Below are positions 38,583 to 53,069 of a DNA stretch of 64,000 nt, in pieces. How positions within the stretch are numbered: position 1 is the stretch's first letter; every line of letters begins with the position of its first letter. The position numbers and the translations under genes are program-made. A model generated the notes under the pieces. That model worked only from the letters and a program-made list of their open reading frames with translations. It had not been told where the DNA came from and searched no databases. Source of the DNA: Octopus vulgaris (lineage: Eukaryota); the NCBI GenBank assembly GCA_951406725.2, contig OX597817.1, forward strand, positions 80,166,001 to 80,230,000, in the 5' to 3' direction.

Positions 38583-38651
<69 letters not shown>

Positions 38652-38960
38652 TTCCCATTTTTCGGGTATCAGTTGAGCACTGGGGTTGATATAGCCCCCT
38701 TCCCTGCTATTCCTCCTAATATTTCAGGCCTTATGCCTATAATGGGATATATGATATATATATATTCTTTTTTTTTTAAATAAAGATGTATTACTACCGT
38801 TATTAATTATATTAATAAGGTGGCCAGCAATTTCACACCATTACAGGCAAAATATAAGGCAAATTTAGATACAAATTTAGGTTTTCGAGCCTTGCCTCAG
38901 ATTTTAGTAAGTTGAAATATATATCCTACTGTATCTATCTATCCATGCATCCATCCATCC

Positions 38961-39017
<57 letters not shown>

Positions 39018-39112
39018 CATATATATATATATTTATATATATATATATATAAACACAAATATATATACCTACCTACATACATATATATATATATTTACAT
39101 GTGTGCGTGAGT

Positions 39113-39177
<65 letters not shown>

Positions 39178-39827
39178 GGCAATATGCATAGGGTGAGTAT
39201 ATGAAACTCTACATCAGTACTTCGGAAGCTTTAAATAGCGAAGGCGATATATACCATTTCCAGTGGAATTAGAATTTCTTGGGTTGATAACTAGATTCAG
39301 AATATCTTGCCTGACTAGCGTTAACCTAGGATGCGCAGCTGTGCAAGAACAAAGAAGAAATGATCCTCAGCCAGCTATATTATTAAACGGACGATACGGG
39401 TTTTGGACGGTTCCAGTAGAGTTCTGGCTTACCGATGTTAAGTTCATGCATAACAAAGTGATATGAAATCAGAAATAGAAGTTTTTATTTGGATCTAAAA
39501 TAAAATAATCTCATTTTTTTTTTAAATAACAAATATTCGTATAATATATTTGTTATTTTTGTTAATTTCGTTTACTTGCAGACTGTGCGACCGAAAACAA
39601 GAATTCATGAAGACAAATTCTAAAAATGATAGAAAGGTTATTCAGAATTGATTTTGAGTAAACCGGTACGACAAACAAAAAATTATGCAAAAGGAATGAA
39701 ATAGGACGAACTGAAATTAGAATAGAGAACAGACTTTTTTAAATAAATGAGTAACTTTACAAATACTCGGCTTTCCAGAAAACTTTGGCAAATGCACTCA
39801 TCTGCCGGCATTATTATCTATCATGAT

Positions 39828-40500
39828 AAGGCGGCGAATTGGCAGAATTAGCAAGCCGAGCAAAATGCTCAGCAGTATTTGGTCTGCGGTTACGTTCTGA
39901 GTTCAAATTCCGCCGAGGTCGACTTTGCTTTCATCCTTTTGGAGTCGATTAAATAAGTACCAGTTACGCACTTGGGTCGATATAATCGACTTAATTCGTT
40001 TGTCTGTCCTTGTTTGTCCTCTCTGTGTTTAGCCTCTTGTGGGTAGTAAAGAAATAGGTATTTCGTCTGCCGCTACGTTCTGAGTTCAAATTCCGCCGAG
40101 GTCGACTTTGCCTTTCACCCTTTCGGGGTTGATTAAATAAGTATCAGTTACGCACTGAGGTCGATATAATTGACTTAATCCGTTTGTCTGTCCTTGTTCG
40201 TCCCCTCTCTGTGTTTAGCCCCTTGTGGGCAATAAAGAAATAGGTATTTCGTCTGCCGTTACGTTCTGAGTTCAAATTCCGCCGAGGTCGACTTTGCCTT
40301 TCACCCTTTCGGGGTCGATTAAATAAGTATCAGTAACGCACTGGGGTCGATATAATCGACTTAATTTACTATAATCGACTTTGCCTTTGCCTTTTATCCT
40401 TTCGGAGTCGATGAAATGATTACCAGTTGAGCACTGCAGCTTATGAAATCGGTTAGCACCCGCCCCACAAAATTTCAGGCCTTGTACCGAGAGTAGAAAA
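39828..40500 (+). mobile_element. Family B SINE with ~185-bp tandem amplification (about 3.5 units)
   Basis: gtatttcgtctgccg..tacgttctgagttcaaattccgccgaggtcgactttgc... recurs at ~39875, ~40058 and ~40244. Confidence 0.88.
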
Positions 40501-41392
40501 ATAATAGCTATTATTACTATGAAGGGCAATGGTTTGTTTTATCTACTTTCAAAGTTTGAGCGTATATGTGTAAATTTCTCTTGTAGCTTCGTTTTGTGTA
40601 GATGTAAATGCATGAAAAAGTGATTTCATTTTCTATGTATGCATAATTACATGTGAGCATATGCTAAACTATTTTTGTGTTTGCCTGTGTGTATATTTGA
40701 GTTTGTGTGAACACAGAGATGTACGCGTGAACATGCTTGTAAGCAATTATTTAAGTATACAATATATACCGGATTTTAAAACATAAGTAGGTGTATATGC
40801 ATAGATATATGTGAGCATGTATTAATGCGTGTGCAAGTGTACATAAATGCACACACATGTGTATATATGTGTATGAATATATATATATATATGTGTGTGT
40901 GTGTGTATGTATATGTATATATGTATGTATATATGTATATATATATATATAATATACACACGCCACACACGCGAGCATACATATTTATGTGACCGACAAC
41001 ATGTATGTATGACAGTATATAAGGCTTTTCAATAAACATTTATAAACAAATATCGGAAAACAATCACAGTAAAACAACAAAAAATATCCTATCATTTTTT
41101 TTTATATTTGATCTTCTTAGAATTTAAACAATTTAAAGTTTAAGCTTAGGATCAATCTTACTCCAGTACACTTCATTTATTTTACTTTCAAACTCGTTTG
41201 TCATGTTTAAAAGAGAGCAGTGAAAAATAAAACATCAGATATGTTGGACTGGATCAAACTGCTAAAGTGGAAGAGCTGCTACAATCTTGTGAAAGGGGAC
41301 GCTGTCTCATATCCCACCCAACTTTTATTATATACAGTTATGCTTTATAACTTTGATATTTTAATATTATGACATTATATGTACATATTAAT

Positions 41393-41430
<38 letters not shown>

Positions 41431-42265
41431 TATGCACATATGTATATCTATATGCATATATCTGTACATGCACTAACATGAGTACGTATATATATTCATA
41501 TTCATATATATATATATATATATATATATACACGTGTGTGTGTGTGTGTGTGTATAGTTGTATGTGTGTATTTATTTATGTGTGTATGTTAGCTACAAGA
41601 AAATTTAGAAAACTTAGTTTTCGCATCACATAACTCGCGCGGTTTTTCCTAGGTAGTTAAAAGGGAAACCATCCATGAAAATATAACCCGCCCCATTGAA
41701 AAACCCGCAAAAGCAAGCATACTTGCCAATAAACATGAATAAGTCACCGCCTCAAAAAAAAAAAAAATAATAATAATAAAAATTCAAAAGAAAATATTTC
41801 CCTTCTATTATATATGCTTCGGTAGATATATGACGTGACTAATTTCTTTTGTAAAAACATTGCAGATTTATGAAAGATTCATATTTTGTCACATATTCTG
41901 TGAAAAGGAGGAACCCTTGCATTTAACGTATATGCTGCCAGTTAGCGAACTGTAGGTCATATGTACAAGAGCATTTGGAACTCGTGAACTTCACAATGGT
42001 TTTACTTTCCAAAGCTGCTTATAGCTAGGAAGAACGCATCATTTAAATATTAAACGAGTTGATAACGGTGACACATTTCTGTACGACATAAATGACTCAA
42101 GACAACGAAAGAGCGTCAACATGGTCATTAGGCCTCTTAGAAATAACAGTAAAAGTTCCTTAAAATCAAATCTCCCTACGAGAGAGGATGTATAATAGTT
42201 ATCATGCCGATAACCATCGCTCAGTAATGGTCAAACTATCGCGGACGGCTAGAGAAGCGTCCATG

Positions 42266-42318
<53 letters not shown>

Positions 42319-42617
42319 GTAAATATATATATGTATATATATATGTTAAAGATGGAGGTAGTGGTGGTAGAGTTGGTGGTGATGATCGGATAGTGAAAAG
42401 TGTATTTTTTTTAAATTGAAATACTCACGCTTATTTACGTGGGAGATTTATGCAATTTTGGTAAATGTTGTATCATATGTACGTGATATTTTGTTTTTGT
42501 TTTGTTTATGGGGAAAACGGAAAAATAAGAGTGAATATTTATTTTATGAGTGCTGTGTATTAAGTCTTCAAAATTGTGCATAATGTATATAAAGTGTATA
42601 TATATATATATATATAT

Positions 42618-43540
42618 ATTGCGAGGATGATCCTGTTCTTGACTGAAGATTAGAGGCTTCGAATGACCCGTCCGTTTTTTGTGTCGTCTATTTGAGTGTT
42701 TTGCGTTCTTGTCCCAATTTGTATTTTTTATATATATTTTTTATACATATATTATTGCGGCGTAACGTACACCTTGTTCTCTTATGTATGTAAGCATCCC
42801 ACTACTGTACGACTTCTACACACATTTTCTCTATACTTCACTAATCTCTGTCTTTCTCTTTTCTCGCCTCTGATTCTTTGGTCTCCTCTTCCCCCACTTC
42901 CTCACATTTCTCTGTCTTTCTCACTTTGCACCTCACTGACCCTGCCTTTCTGTCGTCAAGCCAATCCTTGGCACGCTCTCTTTCTTCTCTTCTCTTTAAT
43001 TCCTTCTTTCTCTTTCTTATCCCCCTCTTTGCTGCCTTTGTCCCTCTTTTTCTCTCTCTCTTTGATCCTTTGCCCCCTGTTTTTCTTTCTCTTCTCCTCT
43101 CACGTGACCGCCGGTCAACTAGCCTTTCGGCTTCTAAGAACTGCCACGACAACATCGATTTCTTCGTCTGCCGTAAGGCATTTTTTTCCAAATGCGCCAG
43201 CTAAGCTAAGTTGAACTGTCTAAAGTCGTAAGACACCCGCTGTTTTTGTCCTGTTATTACTATTATTGTTTTTTGTATTTATATTTGTGTGGCATCGTCC
43301 GTTTTTCTGTCCTTGTTTCGTATACATTCGATCCATTTTCCAAGATATCTAATGCTCGTAGCTTAGTTTTTCCTTGGGGCTGGCCGGATCGGAACGATCT
43401 CAAGATAAATCAGCCGAAATTGCGAGGATAATCCGGTTCTTGACTGAAGATTAGAGACTTCGAATAACCCGTCCGTTTTTTGTGTCGTCTATTTGAGTGT
43501 TTTGCGTTCTTGTCCCATCTTGTATTTTTATATATTTTTT
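42618..43540 (+). mobile_element. Non-autonomous element with ~120-bp terminal direct repeats (42618-42740, 43419-43540), PLE/retrozyme-like, in (TA)n
   Basis: attgcgaggat..tcc.gttcttgactgaagattagag.cttcgaat.acccgtccg... occurs at both ends. Pyrimidine-rich non-coding interior; microsatellite flanks. Confidence 0.7.
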
Positions 43541-43563
43541 ACACACACACACACACATGCACA

Positions 43564-43683
<120 letters not shown>

Positions 43684-45606
43684 TGAATTAAATAATTACC
43701 GTATTCCAATTTCTTTCACTTTTCTATGAGTCACAGATGAGTGACTATATTTCCAAACAACACAAGCTATGCTTTCAGGTTCTTAGGATAAAATTTTCAG
43801 AATTAACCCAATAAGTCTACCGTTAATTACGTGAAATATTCACGGGTCCTGCTAGCCTTTAATTATTTCAATAGACAATCTGCATTGAAGACAGCATTAT
43901 GATAATCTCTTTAGCTAATTTGTCATGCTTATCTAACGCATGTTTGCTTGCTTTGCAGCGGGTTCATAGATCTGTTAGATTTAGTATTTGCATATGTACA
44001 ATTTATATATCTTTGTGTTTTTAAATGCTTATTCCTGAAGTTTCAAGAAAGGTGGACTTGTATCCATTTTAAGATCTTAACGGAAGAAATAATCTGTGAT
44101 ACCAACCTATTTACACATGGAATCAGAAAACTGCGACAACGCTCAATGCTTTGTGAATGAATTTACTAGGCGGAAACTGTGTGAAGTCCATCGCGCGCGT
44201 GTATGCGTGTGTGTGTGTGTGTTTGTGTTTGGCCCCATCACCGCTTTATAACCCGCGATGGATTGCATACAAACATATAATTTAGCGGTTCGGTGAAGGA
44301 GACCGGTAAAATAAGTATCAGACTTGAAAATAAGTACTGAGTCGATCTTTAAGGTGGTGCTCCAGCCTGGTCGCAGTTCATTGAATAGTAAAAATAAAAC
44401 ACTGCAACTAAGAACATATATACATCTAGTTTAATTTTACAAGACATTTATCTTCAGTACTCTTCTGATCTGCCAGCTATCATCCTATAGACAATAAACA
44501 TTATAACATCTCTTTTTAGAAATCAATCGAGAGAGATTTTAAAAGAAAAAAAGACCTTTCTGAAAGCAAAGTTTTAGCATCGAACATTGGAAAAGTTTGA
44601 AAGTATCTGGAATTACAGAAAATTAATGAATTAGTTTCAAAGTTATTTTATTAGAATATCCTCTCTACTCAATTATGACAATAAGTGAAAGCATTGCATG
44701 TGTCATATGTAGTTTGATCGCTAAAACTACTGACATGTAATTCTTTAGAAGTTGCATTAGTCAAAAGTAACCTCTAAGTGTGGTTTCCAGACTATTTATC
44801 TTAGTTTATTTAAGGTGTTGATTGTTGCATAAAAGCATGAGTAAATTAAAAGAAAGACATGTGAAATACATACATGATGAATAAAAACGCATACGGAGAT
44901 AATAGTACTAAAATTAACAAAATAATATTTTTAGCGATAAGATGAAAGATGTAATTATCGTTATTACAAGAAGAATTCCATTCCAAAGAACACAAAGAAC
45001 ACAACAATTAGGAAAAGTCTCAGTGAATTCTCTGATAATTTCTCTCGCAAGAAAAAGTTACTACTTTAAATGCTACTTTGAATATATTAGTATCTTACAG
45101 AATTGGAGACTTATTTAGTATCTGCTTAACTGAATGGAATTTAGTATATTGTTCTATAGGCCTTGTAAGTAAAAAATATTCTTTGTTATTATATCTTTTA
45201 CTAGTATTATATCTATTACTAGTAAGAGATATATACACTTGAAAATTACTCCGAAAGTAATACAAAAGTGTGCATGTTAGTTTTAGATGTATTGTGATAC
45301 TATAAGATAAAGTTTTGAATAAATCATGCCACTACAACTTCAAAAGAAACTTCAGAGTCCGCATCACTGCGCAGTACCCTGGGCAGAATTCTTCTGGCAA
45401 AAACTAGGGTCAAACAAAGCCAAATAAAGTTTGATAGACAAACTGGGTAAAAGCCCCTGCTCTCAGTTGGTCCACGTTCGTAGTAGGGTACTCTGTAGCA
45501 TACATGGCAGCCATTTCTCCAAACAAATATAGCAGCCACTTCTCAGACTTGATTTCTCTTTCTCCATTCTTTCTACCAACCATGATGATAATAAAAATTA
45601 TGTACG

Positions 45607-47140
45607 TTACACTTCATCATCTGACTTAGTTATATGAAATATACACTATAAAGTCACCCTATCGTACCACTGCAGACACTATCATAACAATATAGATACA
45701 AGCATATCAGTACAAACCCTATCATATATCTATAGTATATGGAAACCCATCAGGACGGTCCTGGCTGATTGACTCTCCAGTAGATGCGTAACATGAAAAT
45801 TAAAAGTCCATTGTTGATACCTCAGCCATATAAAGGTTTGTGGAAGCTACATGTGATTTTAATTTCTTAAATCATCAAAAGGATTTTGATTATTACACAG
45901 ACAACTAGAATCAAGATAATGATGTATATATTTATTCGTAATACATTCCAGCAGATTCGAGAGTGAATGTGCTAATTGTTGTTGTATTTATTTTCTGGAG
46001 AACACTTTCATTCTGATGATATTTGCCCATAACACACGCGATTCCTTGACATGAGGTGACTTTGAAACACCGCAGTGTTTAAACCTGATTGTGTCTTCTC
46101 TCCATAACGACCGCCAAAACAATGAAACTAAGACGAGTGAAGGCTCTTGTTTGTAGAATTCAACTAACAAACTATTTAGTGATGCGTGCCAACCTCTGCC
46201 CAAGCGATGCTTTGATCTGTGATAGGTGTAGCTGAAGAGACTCAAGCTGAAAAACCTTCGGGTCTCAAAACCTCCTTACAATAAAGAATCTAGTGTGTTA
46301 TGAATACTCGTTGCCGGGAAGGAAAAAGGCGTAGTCTGAGAATGAAGATATATGCTGGGAGTAGCATATTCACGAATTTGCCAGTACATATTAATAATGA
46401 ATATATGATTGTTGTGTTCTGTCTAATTGCTTGGAACTATAAGAATTCGTCGCATGAAGCATGACCAGTAAACAAGTGTCACCTTAGTCTGCTGGCTGAG
46501 GACAGCTGACACTTTCCATCATACCCAACAAAATAAGCTGTGAGTTTTCATATAATAATAATAATAATAATAATAAATGCCCTGATGCAGTAACATGCCC
46601 TGCTGCAGTACTAGGCAGTGACTCTCGTGGCTTCTGATCTTAACTGATTGGAAGAGCCCTCATGTACATTGTTTTGTCTTGGTATAAAAGATGGACTACA
46701 GCAAATATTCTGCTCAATACCACTGATTTGCTTGTCAGTTTTTTTACCTTATCCAGTTGAGCATGTCCCTTAGTGGCTGACGATATGTATATCTCTGACC
46801 ACGGGCAAAAATAGTGGTGGAGTATCATAGCCCTGTGTTGAGAGGGATTTTTTGGGGTTTGAATAATTCACCTCTTAAACATGGGTGTTTCGTTCAACAT
46901 CCTTAAACAACCCTTATTGAGGGGCCTTTAGAGCGGGATGGGTTACTCGACCAGAAGAAAATTCTAACTGGGCCCTACCTGCAAGGTCATGTGCTGCTTA
47001 TCTTGATATGAGGTCACCATGTTGCACATATATGGTTGTGATGAATGTGCCTAGTATACCCTTATCAGACGGGTAGTCATGATGGGTTTTGTGTATTTTA
47101 CCCCAGTGTCACTTTGATGGCATGCACTGCTCTCTCACTC

Positions 47141-47203
<63 letters not shown>

Positions 47204-48983
47204 GAAACGAAATTTGACGGGAACGTGGGTTTCATGTTGGTACAGATGACGCACATATGTTACAACAACGTCAGTTTGAACACACGTTTACACATGGCGA
47301 ATCTTTTAAAAACGACTACGAAGACGAAATAATTTTGGAGTATTTAAAAACAAAATAGAATTAAAGAAAACAATCCACAGCAAAATTAAATAGTGGCATA
47401 GACATCAACACTGACAACTGTAATATTTTAAATTGAACATGTTGTAACCAACTGAGCTAAAAATCGGTTTTAATAGATTTAATTGCTTGTTATTTTAGTA
47501 GTTAAGGTGATTTACGTCTAGGTTATTACAGAGGAGTCTTGCATGTAATGGAAACTCAAGATATAAGAGGGAAAATGAATCTGCGAGCAGAGAGCCAATT
47601 ACATATACTGTAAATTCTTGATAACTTTTGTTGTTACAGTTGTTTTGTTGCTCTTATTGTTTACCATGATGTCTTTTTTTTAAATTTCGTTGTTCTCTTT
47701 TGTATTTTCGAGTTCAAATTCAGTCAGTATCATCTTTACATTTCATATATTGTAACTGAACCTCAGTCAATTCATGGACTCTAAAGAGGAAGGTTATACT
47801 GGATAATGTGACTTTGATAAAAGGAATTGTATATATATTCTTCATACATTCCAGCCGATTCGAACGCAAAATATGCTAGTCGTTGCTGTATACGTCAAAG
47901 GAGAAAAAACTTCTTACGACGTTCAGTGCGTTCTTAAAATATTACGCTAATTGGGACACCAGTGTTTCGACGTGTTACTACCCAAACGAAAGATGAGATA
48001 TTCATAGGCAGAACGCCTACGTATCATACGTTTGTTAGATCAGGGTCGATCTTGGATTAAACAACAATAATAACCATCTATATTCAGTCAGATTAAATAA
48101 CACAAGTACATCTTTTCCACTATTTTCATTTCTCCCACAAATCTGCGATTTCATTTTACTATTATAAGAAAGAACACAACACTCATATATTCATGCTTAT
48201 TATGTTCAGGCAGATTCGATCGCGAATATGCTACTCCCTGCTGCACTTCGTTCTCAGACTACGCCTTTTTCCTTTCCGATAACGTGTATTCATAACACAC
48301 TCGATTCCTTATTGTAAAGAGGTTTTGAGACCCGAAGGTGTTCAGCTTGAGTCTCTTCGGTTAAGCCTATCCCGGATCAATGCATCGCTTGAGCAGAGGT
48401 CAGCACGCATCACTAAATTTTTTGTTTGTTGAATTCTACAAACAAGAGCCTTCACTCGTCTTTAGTTTCATTGCTTTGACGGTCATTTTGGCGAGGAGAC
48501 AAAATCAGGTCAAAAAATTGCGATGCTTCAAAGTCACCTCATGTCAAGGAATCGCGTGTGTTATGGGCAAATATCAGAATGAAGGTGTTCTCCAGAAAAT
48601 AAATACAACAACAATTAGCATATTCACTCTCGAATCTGCTAAAATGTATTAAGAATAAATATATACATCATTATCTTGATTCTAGTTGTCTGTGTAATAA
48701 TGAAAATCCTTTTGATGATTTAAGAAATTAAAATCACATGTAGCTTCCACAAACCATTGTATGGCTGAGGTATCAAAAGTGGACTTTTAATTTTCATGTT
48801 ACGCATTTACTGGAGAGTCAATCAGCCAGGACTGTTCTGATGGGTGTTCATATACTATAGATATATGATAGGGTTTGTACTGATATGCTTGTATCTATAT
48901 TGTTATGATAGTGTCTGCAGTGGTACGATAGGGTGACTTTGTAGTGTATATTTCATATAACTAAGTCAGATGACGAAGTGTAA
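45607..48983. repeat. Large inverted duplication: arms 45607-46420 and 48171-48983
   Basis: Colinear reverse-complement match over ~810 bp, e.g. aaagtcaccctatcgtaccactgcagacactatcataac / gttatgatagtgtctgcagtggtacgatagggtgacttt. Confidence 0.9.
46577..47141 (+). mobile_element. ~560-bp ORF-less element inserted in (AAT)n
   Basis: Reverse complement of 62831-63389. (AAT)n on both flanks. Confidence 0.85.
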
Positions 48984-48995
48984 TGAATTACTCTT

Positions 48996-49027
<32 letters not shown>

Positions 49028-49042
49028 TATTATTATTATTAT

Positions 49043-49437
49043 TAAGGCGGTGAGCTGGCAGAACCCTTAGCACGCTGGACGAAATGCTTCGCGGTATTTC
49101 GTCTGCCGCTACGTTCTGAGTTCAAATTCTGCCGAGGTCGACTTTGCCTTTCATCTTTTCGGGGTCGATTAAATAAGTACCAGTTACGCACTGGGGTCGA
49201 TATAATCGACTTAATCCGTTTGTCTGTCCTTGTTTGTTCTCTCTACGTTTAGCCCCTTGTGGGTAGTAAAGAAATACGTATTTCACCCGTCGTTACCTTT
49301 TCCAAGTTCAAATTCCGCCGAGGTCGACTTTACGTTTCATCCTTTCGGGGTCGTTAAATTAAGTACCAGTTGTGGATCTAATCGACTGACCCCTTCCCTC
49401 AAAATTTCAGGCTTTGTGCCTATAGTAAAAAGGATTA
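49043..49437 (+). mobile_element. Family B SINE with internal duplication
   Basis: Head aaggcggtgagctggcagaa...; the Nin-like core occurs twice. Confidence 0.85.
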
Positions 49438-50002
<565 letters not shown>

Positions 50003-50241
50003 GGCAGCGAGATGACAGCGAAAATTTGATGGTTAGTGGTAAATTTAAAGTTAAAGTTGATTTTAAGAGGTTTGTATGTTATTAAATGGCTCTTCCACAA
50101 TGTAGTTCAACACACGGTTTGTAGTCAAACCACTTGCCAAATTAATATAATTTCGTAAAATATAAATTAAACAACGCTGATATTGTAGCGTTATAAACAA
50201 TTAACTAAATGTATTACAGCGAAATAAGAAAACATTATTTA

Positions 50242-50289
<48 letters not shown>

Positions 50290-50310
50290 TGAGTACCACA
50301 AAGTGCTATA

Positions 50311-50353
<43 letters not shown>

Positions 50354-50800
50354 CGACCACGGCTACGACGATGAGGATAAATCCTATAAGACTATATAAA
50401 TGAGATCATTCTTAAATATTTCATTACATAGCATCTACTTGTTGGAAAAAGAGGTACAAATAATAAGAGGTTTACTTTTACATCTTGTTTGCATATATTT
50501 CCTTGCAGTTCCATTCAAGTACACTCTTTGTTTAGGAATCAGCACTTCCAGTTCAATAGCGACATGGTAACCATTTAGAATGTAGATGTTTCTCAAAGCG
50601 GTACCAATGTTTTTTTTATTGTTTTTATTTTTCCAATACGAAGATTCGCATCAGAACCATGGCAGTGACCCTGTTTTGTCACAAAATAATAAATGATTAA
50701 TCGAAGTCAACGGGTTTTGTGTGTTTGCTATAATTGCTTTATTTTCAGCTCTCAGCCTCAGATGAAAGCACCCAAAAGGTACATCTCCGAAATGATATGA

Positions 50801-51160
50801 TCTCAGTTGGTCCACTTAATTTGGTTTAACGGTACCAAATGTTCCTAGCAGGATATTCTGTAGCAAACATGGCAGTCATTTCTCCTAATAAATATAGCAG
50901 CCACTCCTCCGACTTGATTTCCATTTCTCCATTCTTTCTACGAACTATGATTATCATAAAAATTATGCACGTCACACTTCATCATCTGACATAGTTATAT
51001 GAAATATACACTACAAAGTCACCCTATCTTACCACTGCAGACACTATCATAACAATATAGATACAAGCATATCAGTACAACCCCTATCATATCTATAGTA
51101 TATGGAAACCCATCAGGACAGTCCTAGCTGATTGACTCTCCAGTTGGTGCGTAACATAAA
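50801..51160 (+). repeat. Third copy (direct) of 45461-45800
   Basis: tctcagttggtccac...aaatatagcagccact...acacttcatcatctgac...gattgactctccagt..tgcgtaacat shared. Confidence 0.88.
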
Positions 51161-52385
51161 AGTTCTTAATAATAATGCGATCATGTTAATAAACACATAT
51201 TCGTTACCTCTAATATACAGTAAATTTATATTTTCATTATGTTTTGTGCAGAATAAAATTTCCACCAAATATGACAGGCTATGTAATGTCAATGAATTAA
51301 ATCGAAAGCAGTGAGTCTAATAGACGTAACAAAAAGGCTTATGGTTATTGAATGTCTCCTTTGGTATAATCAAAACTCGTCTGTCGATTCGGATAATTAA
51401 CAGAAGGAAACTTGGGGCAATGTCGTTCACTGGATGTACTAATGTTGAATGAGACAATGAAGCCAAAACTATAAGAGAAATTACTTTACTAGAAGCCTCT
51501 GGTTATATTAGAAATTGTGTAGTACGTTTGGTTTCAACATCAGTAAACAGAAACGATAAGGATTTATCTGTATTTGGTTTTAAAAAAGTATAATTTGTTG
51601 TTGTTTTCTATCCTTGAGCATTACTGAAATTGTTGGAAAATTCAATTAAAGAAGTTTTGAAATGACACAAGACGTTTTACCAAAGAATAATCAATATGTT
51701 GACTATATTAGCTTGACAAATTAAAGATTTTAACCCATTGAAAACTCTAATATCATATGCAAATACTTAAGAGTCCGATTTTGAATTGAGTGTAGAACAA
51801 GTAGCTAGTTAATGGCATTGTGTATATGTATAGCTGGATCATACATACTGCCGTTATGTCTTTTTACTTGATTATTGACCAAGAAAATATATCTACTAAA
51901 TGTTGTCAGCATATTGAACAGTCTTGTATTATTAAGATTTGTGAGAAGTCATAATTCCCATTCACTTGCAGTTTGATATGTCATGTGAAAACTTGTACAG
52001 GTTACTGTGGAAATGGCAATTTTTCAAATTCTAGCCGTCACCTGTATATTTTCACACTTGATATATTATACTAATATCAATTCATTGCTTGAGCTATTTT
52101 AAAAGCATGGAAGCAAGTTTTCTGTATAGAGAAATAATTCAGTTTTAAATTTGATAAACTAAAATAAACAGCAATTCCTATTAGATGCATAAATTAATTT
52201 TTTTCTTTAAATAATCTAAATGCTTGCTTAATAAAACATTAGAATTTGAAAAAATTAGTGACGTTCTTTTTCGGTAAAAAAATTATACGAATAATTCAAA
52301 TAGTGTAATATGTTTAAGCTTTGAGACAGAAAATAAATGTAACGTTACGGACAGACGTTTATTGGGTAGAGAGGGAGAGGGGGCA

Positions 52386-52453
<68 letters not shown>

Positions 52454-53069
52454 GTCTTATCTAGAATGCAAAATTGTGGATGCCAAAACAAAAAAACAAC
52501 AAAAGAACTGAAAGAGTGAGATCGTGATGGTAGGTGCAGGGAGAGAGTAGAAAGAAAATCAGCGTGAAAGTGGGTGAGTTGTATAGGAAGCAGTATGTGA
52601 ATGAGTTATGTATAATGTATGTATGAGGAATTATGTTTTAGGGTAGAAGAGTTCAAAACTTACAGCAAACTGCAGGTCAGTTGAATGAATGAGAATCAGG
52701 AGAAGGTAGAAAACAGGATTATCAAATATATGGCCCGCGATCCGGTTCGGGCTTGTGGTTATGATTAACCTGACATACAGCTCAATTATATTTTAAATAT
52801 TTTATTATTAGTTTTCAAATTAATATTACTCAAATATATCAATAATATCATGTCGGTGATAGTGTACTGCTTTCCCCAAAAGTTTACAAATAATTTTATA
52901 TAAAAATGTTTATATCAACCTAACTCCTTTGTTTCTAAACAAAGATGCTGAATTCTGAATAGTCGGGAAAAAATGGAAAACATTCTTCGTTGAGTTAGAG
53001 CGAAAAGATTTTGATTTGCTGCACTCAACTTGCTGTTGCGTAAAAAACACAGTATGCAACAACAATACA

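Noticed and set aside
39828-40500. CRISPR-like array
   Set aside because: Units are tandem SINE bodies without spacers.
42696-43214. 172-aa and 116-aa ORFs inside the terminally repeated element
   Set aside because: Low-complexity CT-rich strand bias (S/L/F/P or R/E/K), with no RT or endonuclease motifs.
50880-50945. APE-endonuclease-like GGVAAIFIR motif on the - strand
   Set aside because: Short match, interrupted by a stop in the paralogous copy, with no other APE motifs nearby.
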